NCBI GenBank assembly: GCA_040881785.1
Contig: JBBECO010000253.1
Coordinates: 8,968-61,897, forward strand
DNA from: Vicinamibacterales bacterium
Lineage (GTDB): Bacteria > Acidobacteriota > Vicinamibacteria > Vicinamibacterales > 2-12-FULL-66-21
Direction of reading: 5' to 3'
DNA: 52,930 nucleotides
Part shown: positions 19,414-29,194 of the stretch, one piece after another
How the letters are laid out: each line of letters starts with the position of its first letter
How positions within the stretch are numbered: the stretch's first letter is position 1
Translations under genes and position numbers: made by a program
The notes under the pieces: generated by a model
Database searches by the model: none
What the model saw: only the letters and a program-made list of their open reading frames with translations
Told to the model about the DNA's origin: nothing

Positions 19414-20379
19414 ATGATGAACATCCAGACAGTTACTTCGGGACGATTTCTGACCGCGGTCGCCATGACGATCGCGCTCCTGGCGCCGGCGGCCGCCGCC
19501 GCCCAGATGGGCCAGCGCAACCAGCGCACTCAGATGTCGGTCACCACCACCGATATCCAGCGGCTCCAGGACGAGCTGTTCCAGGCGGGCAGCGACCTGT
19601 CGCGCCTGCGCAGCACGGACCCCAACGCGGCGTCTTCCGTACAGGCCGAACTCGACGAACTGCGCGAAGAGGTGATCTATCTCAAGGTCAAGCTGCGCAA
19701 GGAAGGCAGCGTGACGCAGAGAGACTACGCCGACGTGCGGGACCGCATCGCGGCGGCTCGCTCGCAAGCGCGCGGGGACCTCGCGGCTGACCGTCGCGGC
19801 GCCTGGACCGGTGGTACGCAGGGCGGAGTCTCAGGGGGCGTGGCGGGCGGCACGCAGGGCGATACCCGGCGCTCGCAGGGGACAACGGTCATTCCCGCGG
19901 GGCAGGAGATCGACGTGCGACTGCAGACCCGGCTCAGCTCCGCCACCGCGGAGGTTGAAGAACGCTTCGAAGCGACGACCGTCGTCGATCTGTATCGCGG
20001 CAACGACGTGCTGATTCCGGCCGGTTCGGTTCTGCGCGGCGTCGTGCGCACCGTCGAGCGCGCCACGCGAACGGACCGCAAAGGCGAAATGACGGTCTCG
20101 TTCGACCAGATCACCGCGCGCGGCCGCACCTATCCGATGCGCGGCACCGTGACCGAGGCGATCGAGAGCGAAGGCGTCAAGGGTGAAGCCGGCCGCATCG
20201 GCGCCGGCGCCGGCGTCGGCGCGATCATCGGCGGGATCATCGGCGGCGTGAAAGGCGCGCTGCTCGGCGTGCTCATCGGCGGCGGCGGCACGATCGCGGC
20301 CACCGAGGGCAAGGACGTGACGCTCGAGCCGGGCACGATCCTGCGCGTCCGTCTGGATACGCCGCCGGCGATCAGATAA
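19414..20379 (+). CDS. Secreted protein with coiled-coil N-terminus and glycine-zipper C-terminal domain
   Basis: Signal peptide; [14 protein letters not shown] beta domain; [23 protein letters not shown] glycine zipper. Confidence 0.75.
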   Translation: MMNIQTVTSGRFLTAVAMTIALLAPAAAAAQMGQRNQRTQMSVTTTDIQRLQDELFQAGSDLSRLRSTDPNAASSVQAELDELREEVIYLKVKLRKEGSVTQRDYADVRDRIAAARSQARGDLAADRRGAWTGGTQGGVSGGVAGGTQGDTRRSQGTTVIPAGQEIDVRLQTRLSSATAEVEERFEATTVVDLYRGNDVLIPAGSVLRGVVRTVERATRTDRKGEMTVSFDQITARGRTYPMRGTVTEAIESEGVKGEAGRIGAGAGVGAIIGGIIGGVKGALLGVLIGGGGTIAATEGKDVTLEPGTILRVRLDTPPAIR

Positions 20380-20390
20380 CTGAAAGGCAG

Positions 20391-20444
20391 CCACGGTTCA
20401 ACACGGTTCAACACGGTTTCCCGATAGAAACCAAAACCGTGTTG
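20391..20444. repeat. 10-bp-period ACACGGTTCA tandem repeat with one inverted arm
   Basis: Three CACGGTT units; CAACACGGTTT (20409-20419) pairs with AAACCGTGTTG (20434-20444). Confidence 0.7.
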
Positions 20445-20459
20445 GGCCGAGCAAGGTTG

Positions 20460-20531
20460 GCAGGGCTAAAGCCCTGCGCTACACGTCCTTATCTTGTAGA
20501 TGAGAGGTGTAGCGCAGGCCTTTAGGCCTGC
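20460..20531. repeat. GTAG-type REP doublet
   Basis: GCAGGGCTAAAGCCCTGCGCTAC (20460-20482) and GTAGCGCAGGCCTTTAGGCCTGC (20509-20531); the second supplies the hemL stop codon. Confidence 0.85.
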
Positions 20532-21829
20532 CCCAGCATGGCAAATACGCTCCGCGCTGCGCGGAGCGTGTGCTCGACGTCGCGCGACGTGTGCGCGCCG
20601 GAGAGAAACCACGCCTCGAACTGCGACGGCGGCAGATAGATCCCGCGCGCCAGCATGGCGCGATGGAACGCGCCGTAGCGCGCGGTATCGGCCGTCAGCG
20701 CCGACTCGTAATCCCGCACAGGACGATCGGTGAAGAAGGGCGTGAGCAGCGAGCCGTGCGCGTTGACCTGCAGAGGCACGTTCGCCTCGCGTGCGGCGTC
20801 GGCGAGCCCGGACGCCAGGTGCGCTGTGAGCTTCGCCATGTGCCTGTAGAGCTTCGCTGACAGGTTTTCGAGCGACCAGAGCCCCGCGGTCATGGCCAGC
20901 GGGTTGCCCGACAACGTCCCGGCCTGGTACACGGGTCCGGCGGGCGCCACGAGGTTCATCAGATCGCTCCGGCCGCCGTACGCGCCGACGGGAAGACCGC
21001 CCCCGATGATCTTGCCGAGGACGGTCAGATCCGGCCGGATCCCCAGCACCTTCTGCGCCCCGCCCGTGGACGCGCGGAAGCCCGAGATGACTTCGTCGAG
21101 GATGAGCAGCACGCCGTCGCGATCGCACCGCGCGCGCAGCCCTTCGAGAAATCCCGCCTGCGGCAGTACGAGCCCCATGTTGCCGGCGATCGGCTCGACG
21201 ATGACGGCTGCCACCTCCCCGCGGTTCGCCGAGAGGACCCGTTCGACGGAGTCGAGGTCGTTGTAGCGCGCGAGCAGCGTGTCGGCTGCGGCCCCCTTCG
21301 CGACGCCCGGACTCGTCGGCACGCCGAGCGTCATGGCGCCGGAACCCGCCTGCACGAGGAACGGATCCGCGTGCCCGTGGTAACAGCCTTCGAACTTGAC
21401 GATGCGGTCGCGCTTCGTCGCGGCGCGCGCCACCCGCACGGCGCTCATGGCGGCTTCCGTGCCGGAGCTCACGAACCGGATCCGCTCGATGGACGGCATC
21501 AGCATCGCCACGCGCTGCGCCAGCGCGGTCTCGAGCTCCGTCGGGGCGCCGAAGCTCGTGCCTCGCGCGGCCGCCTGCGCGAGCGCCTTCAGCAGCCCCT
21601 TCGGCGCATGGCCATGGATCAGCGGTCCCCACGACATCACGTAATCGATGTACGTGTGGCCGTCGGCATCCTCGATGTGCGCCCCGCGGCCGCGCTCGAT
21701 GAAGATTGGTGTCGCGCCCACCGACTTGAAGGCGCGGACGGGACTGTTGACGCCGCCGGCGAGGATGCGCGAGGCGGCGGCGAAGAGGCGTTCGGATCTG
21801 GGATAGCGGGAGCGGGGTTGGCGGGCCAT
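20522..21829 (-). CDS. hemL: Glutamate-1-semialdehyde 2,1-aminomutase
   Basis: GGVNSPVRAF, SGTEAAMSA, GCYHGH, DEVISGFR, LGKIIGGGLPVGA, YQAGTLSGNP, PPSQFEAWF. Confidence 0.97.
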   Translation of the reverse strand: MARQPRSRYPRSERLFAAASRILAGGVNSPVRAFKSVGATPIFIERGRGAHIEDADGHTYIDYVMSWGPLIHGHAPKGLLKALAQAAARGTSFGAPTELETALAQRVAMLMPSIERIRFVSSGTEAAMSAVRVARAATKRDRIVKFEGCYHGHADPFLVQAGSGAMTLGVPTSPGVAKGAAADTLLARYNDLDSVERVLSANRGEVAAVIVEPIAGNMGLVLPQAGFLEGLRARCDRDGVLLILDEVISGFRASTGGAQKVLGIRPDLTVLGKIIGGGLPVGAYGGRSDLMNLVAPAGPVYQAGTLSGNPLAMTAGLWSLENLSAKLYRHMAKLTAHLASGLADAAREANVPLQVNAHGSLLTPFFTDRPVRDYESALTADTARYGAFHRAMLARGIYLPPSQFEAWFLSGAHTSRDVEHTLRAARSVFAMLGQA

Positions 21830-22079
21830 GCTCCGACGATAGCACGCTCGTTCCACGCCGCCCTCTCGATGTGACCCGCCGGTCGATTCGTGCTGACGTG
21901 CGATATTCCCGGCGAGTACGATTGGCCACGACCTCGTTGTTTCGGGATCGCGTTCACATGTCGCTCTTCATCGCGTCACCGCCGTTCGGTCCGAGCCTGC
22001 TCCCCCTCACGGTGAGCCGCTACGCGACGAGACCCAGGACAGCCGCAGACGCCAAGGCTCCGGGCGTCCTGGAGGTCCG

Positions 22080-22682
22080 ATGAATCCGGCACGGCTCGCG
22101 GAGATCCTGGCCGACTGGGGCTACGCGACCTACCTGTTTCTGTTGGCCGTGACGGGCGTGGGCTCTCCCATTCCGGAGGATCTGATTCTCGCGACCGCCG
22201 GGTACCTGATCGCGGCGAAGATCTTCACCTGGCCCGCCGCCTACGCCGCGGGCGTCGTCGGCGTCATCGGCAGCGACGCCTTGCTCTACGCGTGGGGGCG
22301 CCGCCTGCGCTCGGGGGCCAACGCAGGGTGGATGAGCCGGTTCGTGCGGCCGCATCACCTGGCCACGGCGGACCGCTGGCTGACCCGGTTTGGCGACCGT
22401 GCCGTCTTTTTCGCGCGTCTCGTGCCGGGCACGCGTGCCGTCATGTTCCTGGGGGCGGGTCTCCGGCAGATGCCGTTCGGACGTTTCCTGCTGTACGACG
22501 CCGCCGGCGCGCTCCTCTGGGTCCCCATCGTCCTGTTCGCGGGCGCGCAGATCGGCGAAGAAATCGGAGGGCTCGACCAGCTCGGCGCGACGATCGGCCG
22601 CTTCATAGCGTGGATCGTCGGGGGCCTCGTCCTGCTGATGCTGCTCTGGCGCTGGTGGCGGGTGGAAGAATCGAAGCTCTGA
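22080..22682 (+). CDS. DedA family membrane protein
   Basis: GSPIPEDLIL..G, FFARLVPGTR, GLRQMPFGRFLLYD. Confidence 0.9.
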   Translation: MNPARLAEILADWGYATYLFLLAVTGVGSPIPEDLILATAGYLIAAKIFTWPAAYAAGVVGVIGSDALLYAWGRRLRSGANAGWMSRFVRPHHLATADRWLTRFGDRAVFFARLVPGTRAVMFLGAGLRQMPFGRFLLYDAAGALLWVPIVLFAGAQIGEEIGGLDQLGATIGRFIAWIVGGLVLLMLLWRWWRVEESKL

Positions 22683-22694
22683 GGCCGGGCGCGG

Positions 22695-23693
22695 TCAGCC
22701 GCGCAGCGCGCGCGCGGCCTCCCGGGCGTAATACGTGATGATGATATCGGCGCCGGCGCGGCGGATTGCCGTCAGCGTCTCCATCATCGCGCGCGGCTCG
22801 TCGAGCCAGCCATTTTTCGCCGCGGCCTTCAGCATCGCGTACTCGCCGCTGACGTGATACGCGGCCGTCGGCACGCCGAACTCCGATTTCACCCGGGCGA
22901 TGACGTCGAGATAGGTCATCGCCGGCTTCACCATCACGATGTCGGCTCCTTCCTCGAGGTCCAGCTCCACTTCACGCAGCGCTTCCTCGACGTTGGCCGG
23001 GTCCATCTGGTGGGAGCGCCGGTCGCCGAACGACGGCGCGGAACCGGCCGCGTCGCGGAAGGGGCCATAGAAGGCCGAGCAGTACTTTGCCGCGTAGGAC
23101 ATGATCGCCGTGCCGGTGAACCCCGCCTCGTCGAGCACTTCGCGGATGCGCCCCACACGGCCGTCCATCATGTCGGACGGCGCCACGATGTCGGCCCCGG
23201 CGGCCGCGTGCGACAGCGCCACCCGCGCCAGCTGCTCGACGCTCGCGTCGTTGAGGATCTCCTCACCGTCCAGGACGCCGCAGTGCCCGTGCGACGTGTA
23301 TTCGCAGAGACAGACGTCGGTGATCACGAGCAGGTCCGGGACTTGCTGCTTGAGGGCGTGCACGGCGGCCTGCACGGGGCCTTCGGGATCCCACGCCGCG
23401 TCCCCCGTCTCGTCCTTCTGGTCCGGGAGACCAAACAGCAGCACGCCGGGCACCCCGTCTTCACGCGCGGCCCGCGCCTCCTTCACGGCTTCATCCACCG
23501 ACAGCTGGTAGACGCCAGGCATCGACGCGACTTCCCGCCGCTGTCCCTCGCCCGTGCAGACAAAGAGCGGATAGACCAGCATCTCCGGCGACAGCCGCGT
23601 CTCGCGGACCATGCCCCGAATCGCGGCGGAGCGCCGCAGCCGGCGAGGACGTCTGACCAGATCCAGTGACACCTGAGGTTTTCTACCGGCCAT
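22695..23693 (-). CDS. hemB: Porphobilinogen synthase (Zn-type)
   Basis: [48 protein letters not shown]. Confidence 0.97.
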   Translation of the reverse strand: MAGRKPQVSLDLVRRPRRLRRSAAIRGMVRETRLSPEMLVYPLFVCTGEGQRREVASMPGVYQLSVDEAVKEARAAREDGVPGVLLFGLPDQKDETGDAAWDPEGPVQAAVHALKQQVPDLLVITDVCLCEYTSHGHCGVLDGEEILNDASVEQLARVALSHAAAGADIVAPSDMMDGRVGRIREVLDEAGFTGTAIMSYAAKYCSAFYGPFRDAAGSAPSFGDRRSHQMDPANVEEALREVELDLEEGADIVMVKPAMTYLDVIARVKSEFGVPTAAYHVSGEYAMLKAAAKNGWLDEPRAMMETLTAIRRAGADIIITYYAREAARALRG

Positions 23694-25224
23694 GGGCTCG
23701 CGGCTCCTTCCCGCGGAAGTGTTCGACCAGCGCATCCACCAGGTCGGGGATCGTGTACCGCGCCGGCATCACCGTGGTCGCGATACCGAGTTGCTGGGCC
23801 GCTTCGGCTGTGACCGGCCCGATCGAGGCGACCACGGTGCCGCGCAGCAGGTCCGCGGCCTGTTCGGCCCCGTGGATCTGGGCGAAATTCCGGACGGTCG
23901 AGGCGCTCGTGAACGTCACCGCATCGATCTGTCCATCGAGCAGCATCCGGTAGATGTCCCGGTCGCCGCTCCGCTCGCCCTGTGCGAGCGTCGTTCGATA
24001 GGCCACGACTTCGGTGACGATGGCGCCGGCCTGCGCCAGGCCGTCCGAGAGCAGGTCGCGGGCGATGTCGGCGCGCGGCAGCAGCACGCGCGTCCCCGTC
24101 AGGGGGCCCTCAGCCTTCATGGCCTCCACGACCGCTTCGGCGCGGTACTCCGCCGGCATGAGGTCGACGCGCATCCCGTACCGCTGGAGCCGCGATGCCG
24201 TGGACGGCCCGACGGTCCCGAGCTTCACGCCCTTCAGCTCGCGGACGTCGCCGCTGGCGAGCAGCCGCGACATGTAGCTGTCCACGGCGTTCGCGCTGGC
24301 GAAGATGATCCAGTCGAAGCTCGAGACTTCGGCCACCGCCGCTTCGAGCGGGCCGGTATCGTCGGGCGGTGCGATGCGGATGGTCGGCGCCGCGATCGCT
24401 TCGGCGCCGCGGTCCTCGAGCATGTCGATCAGGTCGCCCGCCTGTTCGCGGGAGCGCGTCACGACGATCCGGCGCCCGAAGAGCGGACGATCGTCGAACC
24501 ACCGCAGGTGTTCGCGCAGCGCCGCCACGCGCCCGATGACGAACAGCGCCGGCCGGTCGATCCGGGCCTCCGACGCGATCGTGCCGAGCCCGCCCGTCAC
24601 GGTGTGTTGCGCCGGTGTCGTCGCGTGGTAGATCAGCGCCGACGGTTCATCCGTCGCCCGTCCGTGCGCGACGAGCGCTCTGGCAATCGCGCCGATCTGC
24701 CGCGCGCCGGCGTAGCACACGATCGTGCCGCCGACGCTGGCGAGCCCGCTCCAGTTGACTTCGGGCGCCTCCTCACTTTCGCCTTCGTGCCCTCGCACGA
24801 AGATGAGCACGTCGTCGGCGCCGGGGTAGGTGAGCGGGATGCCGGCGTACGCCGCGCCGCCGACCGCGGCCGGAATGCCGGGAACGACTTCGAACGGCAC
24901 GCCCTGCTCGCGCAGCAGCAGCGCTTCCTTGCCGCCGCTGTCGAAGACGAAGGGGTCCCCCCACTTCAGACGCGCCACCGACTTGCCCTCCGCGACCTTC
25001 TCGGCGAGCAGGATGCTGATCGCCTCCTGGTCCAGGACGCCGGGTGCCGCGGGGCCGACGTCGATCCGCTCGGCGGCGGGCCGCGCCGCGCGAAGCAGTG
25101 CCGGATGCACCTGGTGGTCGTAGACGACGACGTCCACTTCCTCGAGGATCCGCCGGCCGCGGACGCTGATCAACGAGGGATCACCGGGTCCGGCGCCGAC
25201 GAGGTAAACGCAGGGCGTGTTCAT
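23683..25224 (-). CDS. cobA/hemD: Uroporphyrinogen-III C-methyltransferase / uroporphyrinogen-III synthase fusion
   Basis: N-terminal [11 protein letters not shown] and VVPGI; C-terminal [32 protein letters not shown]. Confidence 0.9.
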   Translation of the reverse strand: MNTPCVYLVGAGPGDPSLISVRGRRILEEVDVVVYDHQVHPALLRAARPAAERIDVGPAAPGVLDQEAISILLAEKVAEGKSVARLKWGDPFVFDSGGKEALLLREQGVPFEVVPGIPAAVGGAAYAGIPLTYPGADDVLIFVRGHEGESEEAPEVNWSGLASVGGTIVCYAGARQIGAIARALVAHGRATDEPSALIYHATTPAQHTVTGGLGTIASEARIDRPALFVIGRVAALREHLRWFDDRPLFGRRIVVTRSREQAGDLIDMLEDRGAEAIAAPTIRIAPPDDTGPLEAAVAEVSSFDWIIFASANAVDSYMSRLLASGDVRELKGVKLGTVGPSTASRLQRYGMRVDLMPAEYRAEAVVEAMKAEGPLTGTRVLLPRADIARDLLSDGLAQAGAIVTEVVAYRTTLAQGERSGDRDIYRMLLDGQIDAVTFTSASTVRNFAQIHGAEQAADLLRGTVVASIGPVTAEAAQQLGIATTVMPARYTIPDLVDALVEHFRGKEPRAHGR

Positions 25225-26141
25225 GAGTGGAGCAACTCCATGGCGCCGCGGGACGCAAGGTCCTGCGCGACGCGCGCGCCGGTCCCGGCCGCGTCGGCCT
25301 CGGCGCCTGTGGCGTGAGCGTGCACGGTCCGGGTGCCGTCGAGCGACGCGGCCACCGCGCGCAGGTCGATCCGGCCGTCGGTGACCGTGGCGAAGGCGCC
25401 GAGCGGCAGCTGGCACCCGCCACCGAGCGCCGCGACGACGGCCTGCTCGGCGGCCAGCGCCGCGCGGCTCGGCGCGTCGTTGAGCGCCGCCACGACCTCG
25501 CGCGCGCGGGCGTCGTCTTCACGCACCTCGATGGCGATGATGCCCTGGCCCGGCGCGGGCACGCAGCCGTCGACGGGCAGCGGCTGCGAAATTCGATCGG
25601 CGAGACCGAGACGGCGCAGCCCGGCGCACGCCAGGACGAGCGCATCCACCTCACCGGCATCCAGTTTGCGGAGGCGCGTATCGACGTTGCCGCGGATGGG
25701 TTCGAAGCGCGCCGCGGGGTAGGACTGCCGCAGTTGCGCGATGCGTCGCGGGCTGCCCGTGCCGATCACCGCCATTTTCTCCATGGGTGACGTGTAGCGC
25801 AGCCCTTCAGGGCTGCCAACAGGGAACACGAACGCATCGCGGGGATCTTCCCGCGGCAACACCGCTGCGATCATGAGACCGTCGGGTGAGACCGCGGCCA
25901 TGTCTTTCGCACTGTGGACGGCGACGTCGATGTCGCCGCGCCGCATGGCGTCGTGGATCTCGGTCACGAACACCCCTTTGCCGCCGATGGCCGCCAGCGG
26001 GGCATCCTGCCGGGCGTCCCCTCGCGTGGTGATCGTGACGAGCTCCACGGCCGTTCCGGCGCGCTCGAGCGCGGCCGCCACGGTGCGCGCCTGCCACAAC
26101 GCCAGCGCGCTGCCGCGCGTGCCGATCCTCAACGGTCTCAT
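25221..26141 (-). CDS. hemC: Hydroxymethylbilane synthase
   Basis: RIGTRGSALALWQ, GGKGVF, AVHSAKD, REDPRD, IRGNVDTRL, PAPGQG, GGGCQLP (cofactor Cys). Confidence 0.95.
   Translation of the reverse strand: MRPLRIGTRGSALALWQARTVAAALERAGTAVELVTITTRGDARQDAPLAAIGGKGVFVTEIHDAMRRGDIDVAVHSAKDMAAVSPDGLMIAAVLPREDPRDAFVFPVGSPEGLRYTSPMEKMAVIGTGSPRRIAQLRQSYPAARFEPIRGNVDTRLRKLDAGEVDALVLACAGLRRLGLADRISQPLPVDGCVPAPGQGIIAIEVREDDARAREVVAALNDAPSRAALAAEQAVVAALGGGCQLPLGAFATVTDGRIDLRAVAASLDGTRTVHAHATGAEADAAGTGARVAQDLASRGAMELLHS
25794..25816 (+). repeat. Single GTAG-type REP inside hemC
   Basis: GTAGCGCAGCCCTTCAGGGCTGC, same family as the REPs at 20460-20531. Confidence 0.75.
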
Positions 26142-27454
26142 GTGGCGTTCCGCGGCTTCACGACGACCGGCTCTTCGGCGAGCGGATCTTCTGATGGCGG
26201 AAGGCTGAACAGCCGGTTGAGGGCGTCTGAGTAGCTCGCGGCCAGGGCGTCGTCGCTCACCGCCTTGAGCTGCTCGGTCGGCGTGAGCAGCAGCTTTTCG
26301 ACGATCAGTTTCGTGATGTGGTCGACCTGGGCCTGCGCCTCCGGCGGGAGGCCCGTGAGCTTGTGCTGGAGCCGGTCGAGCTCGGCCCGGCGGATCGACT
26401 CGAACCGTTCCCGCAGCGCCACCACCGTGGGAATGATCTCGCGCGATTGCAGCCACGCGGCGAACTTCGCCGCCTCGCTGCTGACGATCGCATCCGCGCG
26501 CGCCAGCTCCGCGGTGCGGCGTGCGAGGTTCTTCTTCACGATGCCCTGCAGATCGTCCAGGTTGTAGAGAAACACCTGTTCCAGGGTGCCGGCGTCGGGA
26601 TCCACGTCTCGTGGCAGCGCGATGTCGATGAGGAACAGCGGGCGCTCGGGGCGCGTCTTCATCACACGCTGGATGTCCGCCTTCGTGAGGATCGCGGCCT
26701 GCGCACCCGTGGCCGTGACGACAATGTCGGCCCGGCCGAGCGCCGTGTCGAGGTCCGCCCAGTCGCAGGCCGCGCCTTCGATCTGCTCGGCGAGCCGATC
26801 GGCCGTCGCACGCGTACGGCTGGCCACGGTGATCCCGCGAACGCCCTGCGCGCGCAGGTGCAGCCCCGTCAGCTTGCCCATCTCGCCGGTGCCGAGGATA
26901 AGCACTTCCAGCCGTGAGAGATCGCCGAAGATCTTCTTCGCCAGCGAGATCGCCGCGTAGCTCACCGACACGGCTCCCTCGCCAAGGCCGGTTTCCGATC
27001 GCACGCGCTTGCCGGCGGAGAAGGCGAGGTGGAACAGCCGGTTCAGCACCGTCCCGGTGTAGTGCTGATCGCTCGCCACGGTGTAGGCGGACTTCACCTG
27101 CCCGAGGATCTGGGGCTCACCCACGACCAGCGATTCGAGCCCTGCCGCCACCCGGAACAGATGGCGGGCGGCGTCCGCGCCGCGGTGCACGTACAGGTGT
27201 GACTGCAGGTCGGCCGGCGAAACGCCGTGGTACTCGCCGAAAAACCTCGCCACCAGGTCCACCGCGTCGTCGGTGTCGGCCGCGACGTACACCTCCGCGC
27301 GGTTGCACGTCGAGAGGACCGCCATTTCCCTGGCGATGTTGCGCGCGGCCAGGCCCGCAAGGGCCGCCTCGAGCCCGTCGCGGGCGAAGTCCACCCGCTC
27401 GCGCAGCTCGATGGGCGCGGTCTGGTGGCTCAAGCCGATCGCGAAGAGCCGCAC
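26138..27454 (-). CDS. hemA: Glutamyl-tRNA reductase
   Basis: GLSHQTAP, LSTCNRAE, HLFRVAAGLESLVVGEPQILGQ, GTGEMG, DIALPRD; GTG start. Confidence 0.96.
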   Translation of the reverse strand: MRLFAIGLSHQTAPIELRERVDFARDGLEAALAGLAARNIAREMAVLSTCNRAEVYVAADTDDAVDLVARFFGEYHGVSPADLQSHLYVHRGADAARHLFRVAAGLESLVVGEPQILGQVKSAYTVASDQHYTGTVLNRLFHLAFSAGKRVRSETGLGEGAVSVSYAAISLAKKIFGDLSRLEVLILGTGEMGKLTGLHLRAQGVRGITVASRTRATADRLAEQIEGAACDWADLDTALGRADIVVTATGAQAAILTKADIQRVMKTRPERPLFLIDIALPRDVDPDAGTLEQVFLYNLDDLQGIVKKNLARRTAELARADAIVSSEAAKFAAWLQSREIIPTVVALRERFESIRRAELDRLQHKLTGLPPEAQAQVDHITKLIVEKLLLTPTEQLKAVSDDALAASYSDALNRLFSLPPSEDPLAEEPVVVKPRNAT

Positions 27455-27456
27455 GC

Positions 27457-28275
27457 TCAAAAGTTGTGGCTCCTGGTCATGAAGTAGCCGATCGGCAGCA
27501 GGTTGAAGAGGATGATGGCGAAGCCGACGGCCGACAGCACCGCGGCCCGCCGCCCGTTCCAGCCGATCACCCGGCGGGCGTAGAGCGCAAAGGAATACAG
27601 CACCCACGAGACGACCGCCACCAGGATCTTCGGGTCGGCGAGCGACATGTTCTGCGCGCGCGGATCGGGCGAGCTCTGCACCTGCGACGCCCACACGGCC
27701 CCGACGACCAGGCCGATCGTGAGGAAGATCCACCCGACCGCGACCGCGCGTCCGTTCATGACGTCCAGCACGCCGAGCGACGGCAGCCGCGTGTAGAAGA
27801 CCCCGAGATGCTTCGCCTTGATTTCCTTGAACAGCAGCACGTACGTGACGCCGAGCACGGACGCCAGCGCGAAACTGGCGTACGCCAGCAGCATCGACAT
27901 GACGTGGATCGTGAAGAGCGGGCTGCGCAGGACCTCCGGCCGCTGCGCCACCTCGCCGTCGAGCGCGGGAATGATGCCCAGCGTGGCGAGCAGGACGGCC
28001 ACGAACAGCCCCATGGACCGCTCGTTCGACGTGAGCTCCAGGTAGAGGTAGGCGAGCCCGAGCAGCCACACGAACGCCGAGATGGCGGCGGTCGTGCCGA
28101 CGAGCGGGGCGTGGCCGACCTGCACCGTCTGCATCCCGATCAGAAAGGTGTGCGCCAGGAGGCCGCCGGCCAGCAGTCCCGTCGCCAGCCGCCCCACGCG
28201 GGGATCCCGCCAGGCGAAGTGCGCCCCGTAGGCGGCCGCGGCCGCGGCGTACAAGAGCAGGGGAATCGCGCGCAT
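27457..28275 (-). CDS. Cytochrome c assembly protein CcsA / HemX-like
   Basis: Multi-TM protein with conserved His residues, LPSL..LD, G.VWA and DPK motifs; directly upstream of hemA. Confidence 0.85.
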   Translation of the reverse strand: MRAIPLLLYAAAAAAYGAHFAWRDPRVGRLATGLLAGGLLAHTFLIGMQTVQVGHAPLVGTTAAISAFVWLLGLAYLYLELTSNERSMGLFVAVLLATLGIIPALDGEVAQRPEVLRSPLFTIHVMSMLLAYASFALASVLGVTYVLLFKEIKAKHLGVFYTRLPSLGVLDVMNGRAVAVGWIFLTIGLVVGAVWASQVQSSPDPRAQNMSLADPKILVAVVSWVLYSFALYARRVIGWNGRRAAVLSAVGFAIILFNLLPIGYFMTRSHNF

Positions 28276-28276
28276 G

Positions 28277-29194
28277 TCAGGGTGCCGAGGGCCCGTAGTA
28301 GCCCTGGCGCGTGCGGGCGACATGCTCCGGCCGCGCGATGCGAACGACAATGCGGCGCCAGGCGCCGTTGCGAAGAGGGTTCTTCGAGGAGTACGCGACG
28401 GAGTACAGCGTGGACAACTCCTGCGAGATCTGCTCGTAGATCTTTGGCAGCTCGTTGACGCTGGTTGGGAAGAAGGACCGCCCGCCGGTCTCCTGCGCGA
28501 GCTGCTTCAGGACGAACTCCGCTTCCTTGAAGCTCGAGCGGCCCCCTAAATACTCCTGCCGCAGACCGATCGTGTAGACGGCGGTTTCGGAACGCTTCGC
28601 CAGGTCCAACACCTCTTCGTAGGGCATCAGGCTGGAGGTGTCGTCGCCGTCCGACAGCACCACGATGGCCTGGCGCCGGATTTCGTCTTCGGTGCGTGCC
28701 TTGATCTTCTTCAGTTCCTTCAACGAGATGTAGATCGCGTTGTACATCGCCGTGGAACCGTCGGCATTCGTGCCTCGGATGGCCCGTTCGAGTGCCGCGG
28801 CATCGTTTGTGAAGTCCTGCAGGATCTCCACCTGGCTGTTGAACTCGATCACCTCCGCAACGTCCTCCGGCGTCAACCGCCGGGCGAAACCGACCGCCGC
28901 CTCCTGCGCGGTCCCGAGCTTTCCCTCCATGCTGTTGCTGGTGTCGAGCAGGATCGCCAGGGCGATCGGCTGCTGTTTGCGCGAGAAGAACGTGACGTTC
29001 TGTTTGGCGCCGTCCTCGAACACTTCGAATTCTTCCTGCTCGAGGTCGGTGATGTACTTGCCCGCGGCCGTCACCGAGACGTTCAGCGACACCAGCTCGA
29101 CGCCCGAGCGGAGTTTGGGCGGCTGCTGGGCGGCCAGCAGGCCGGCGAGGCCGGCGATCGCGAGCGCGGTGAGTCCCGGAAGGAGCATCGTCAC
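28277..29194 (-). CDS. VWA domain protein (Acidobacterial VWFA-related)
   Basis: LVSLNVSV, FEVFEDG, MIDAS DTSNSM, TAMYNAI, LSDGDD, LAQETGG, R.GYY. Confidence 0.88.
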   Translation of the reverse strand: MTMLLPGLTALAIAGLAGLLAAQQPPKLRSGVELVSLNVSVTAAGKYITDLEQEEFEVFEDGAKQNVTFFSRKQQPIALAILLDTSNSMEGKLGTAQEAAVGFARRLTPEDVAEVIEFNSQVEILQDFTNDAAALERAIRGTNADGSTAMYNAIYISLKELKKIKARTEDEIRRQAIVVLSDGDDTSSLMPYEEVLDLAKRSETAVYTIGLRQEYLGGRSSFKEAEFVLKQLAQETGGRSFFPTSVNELPKIYEQISQELSTLYSVAYSSKNPLRNGAWRRIVVRIARPEHVARTRQGYYGPSAP

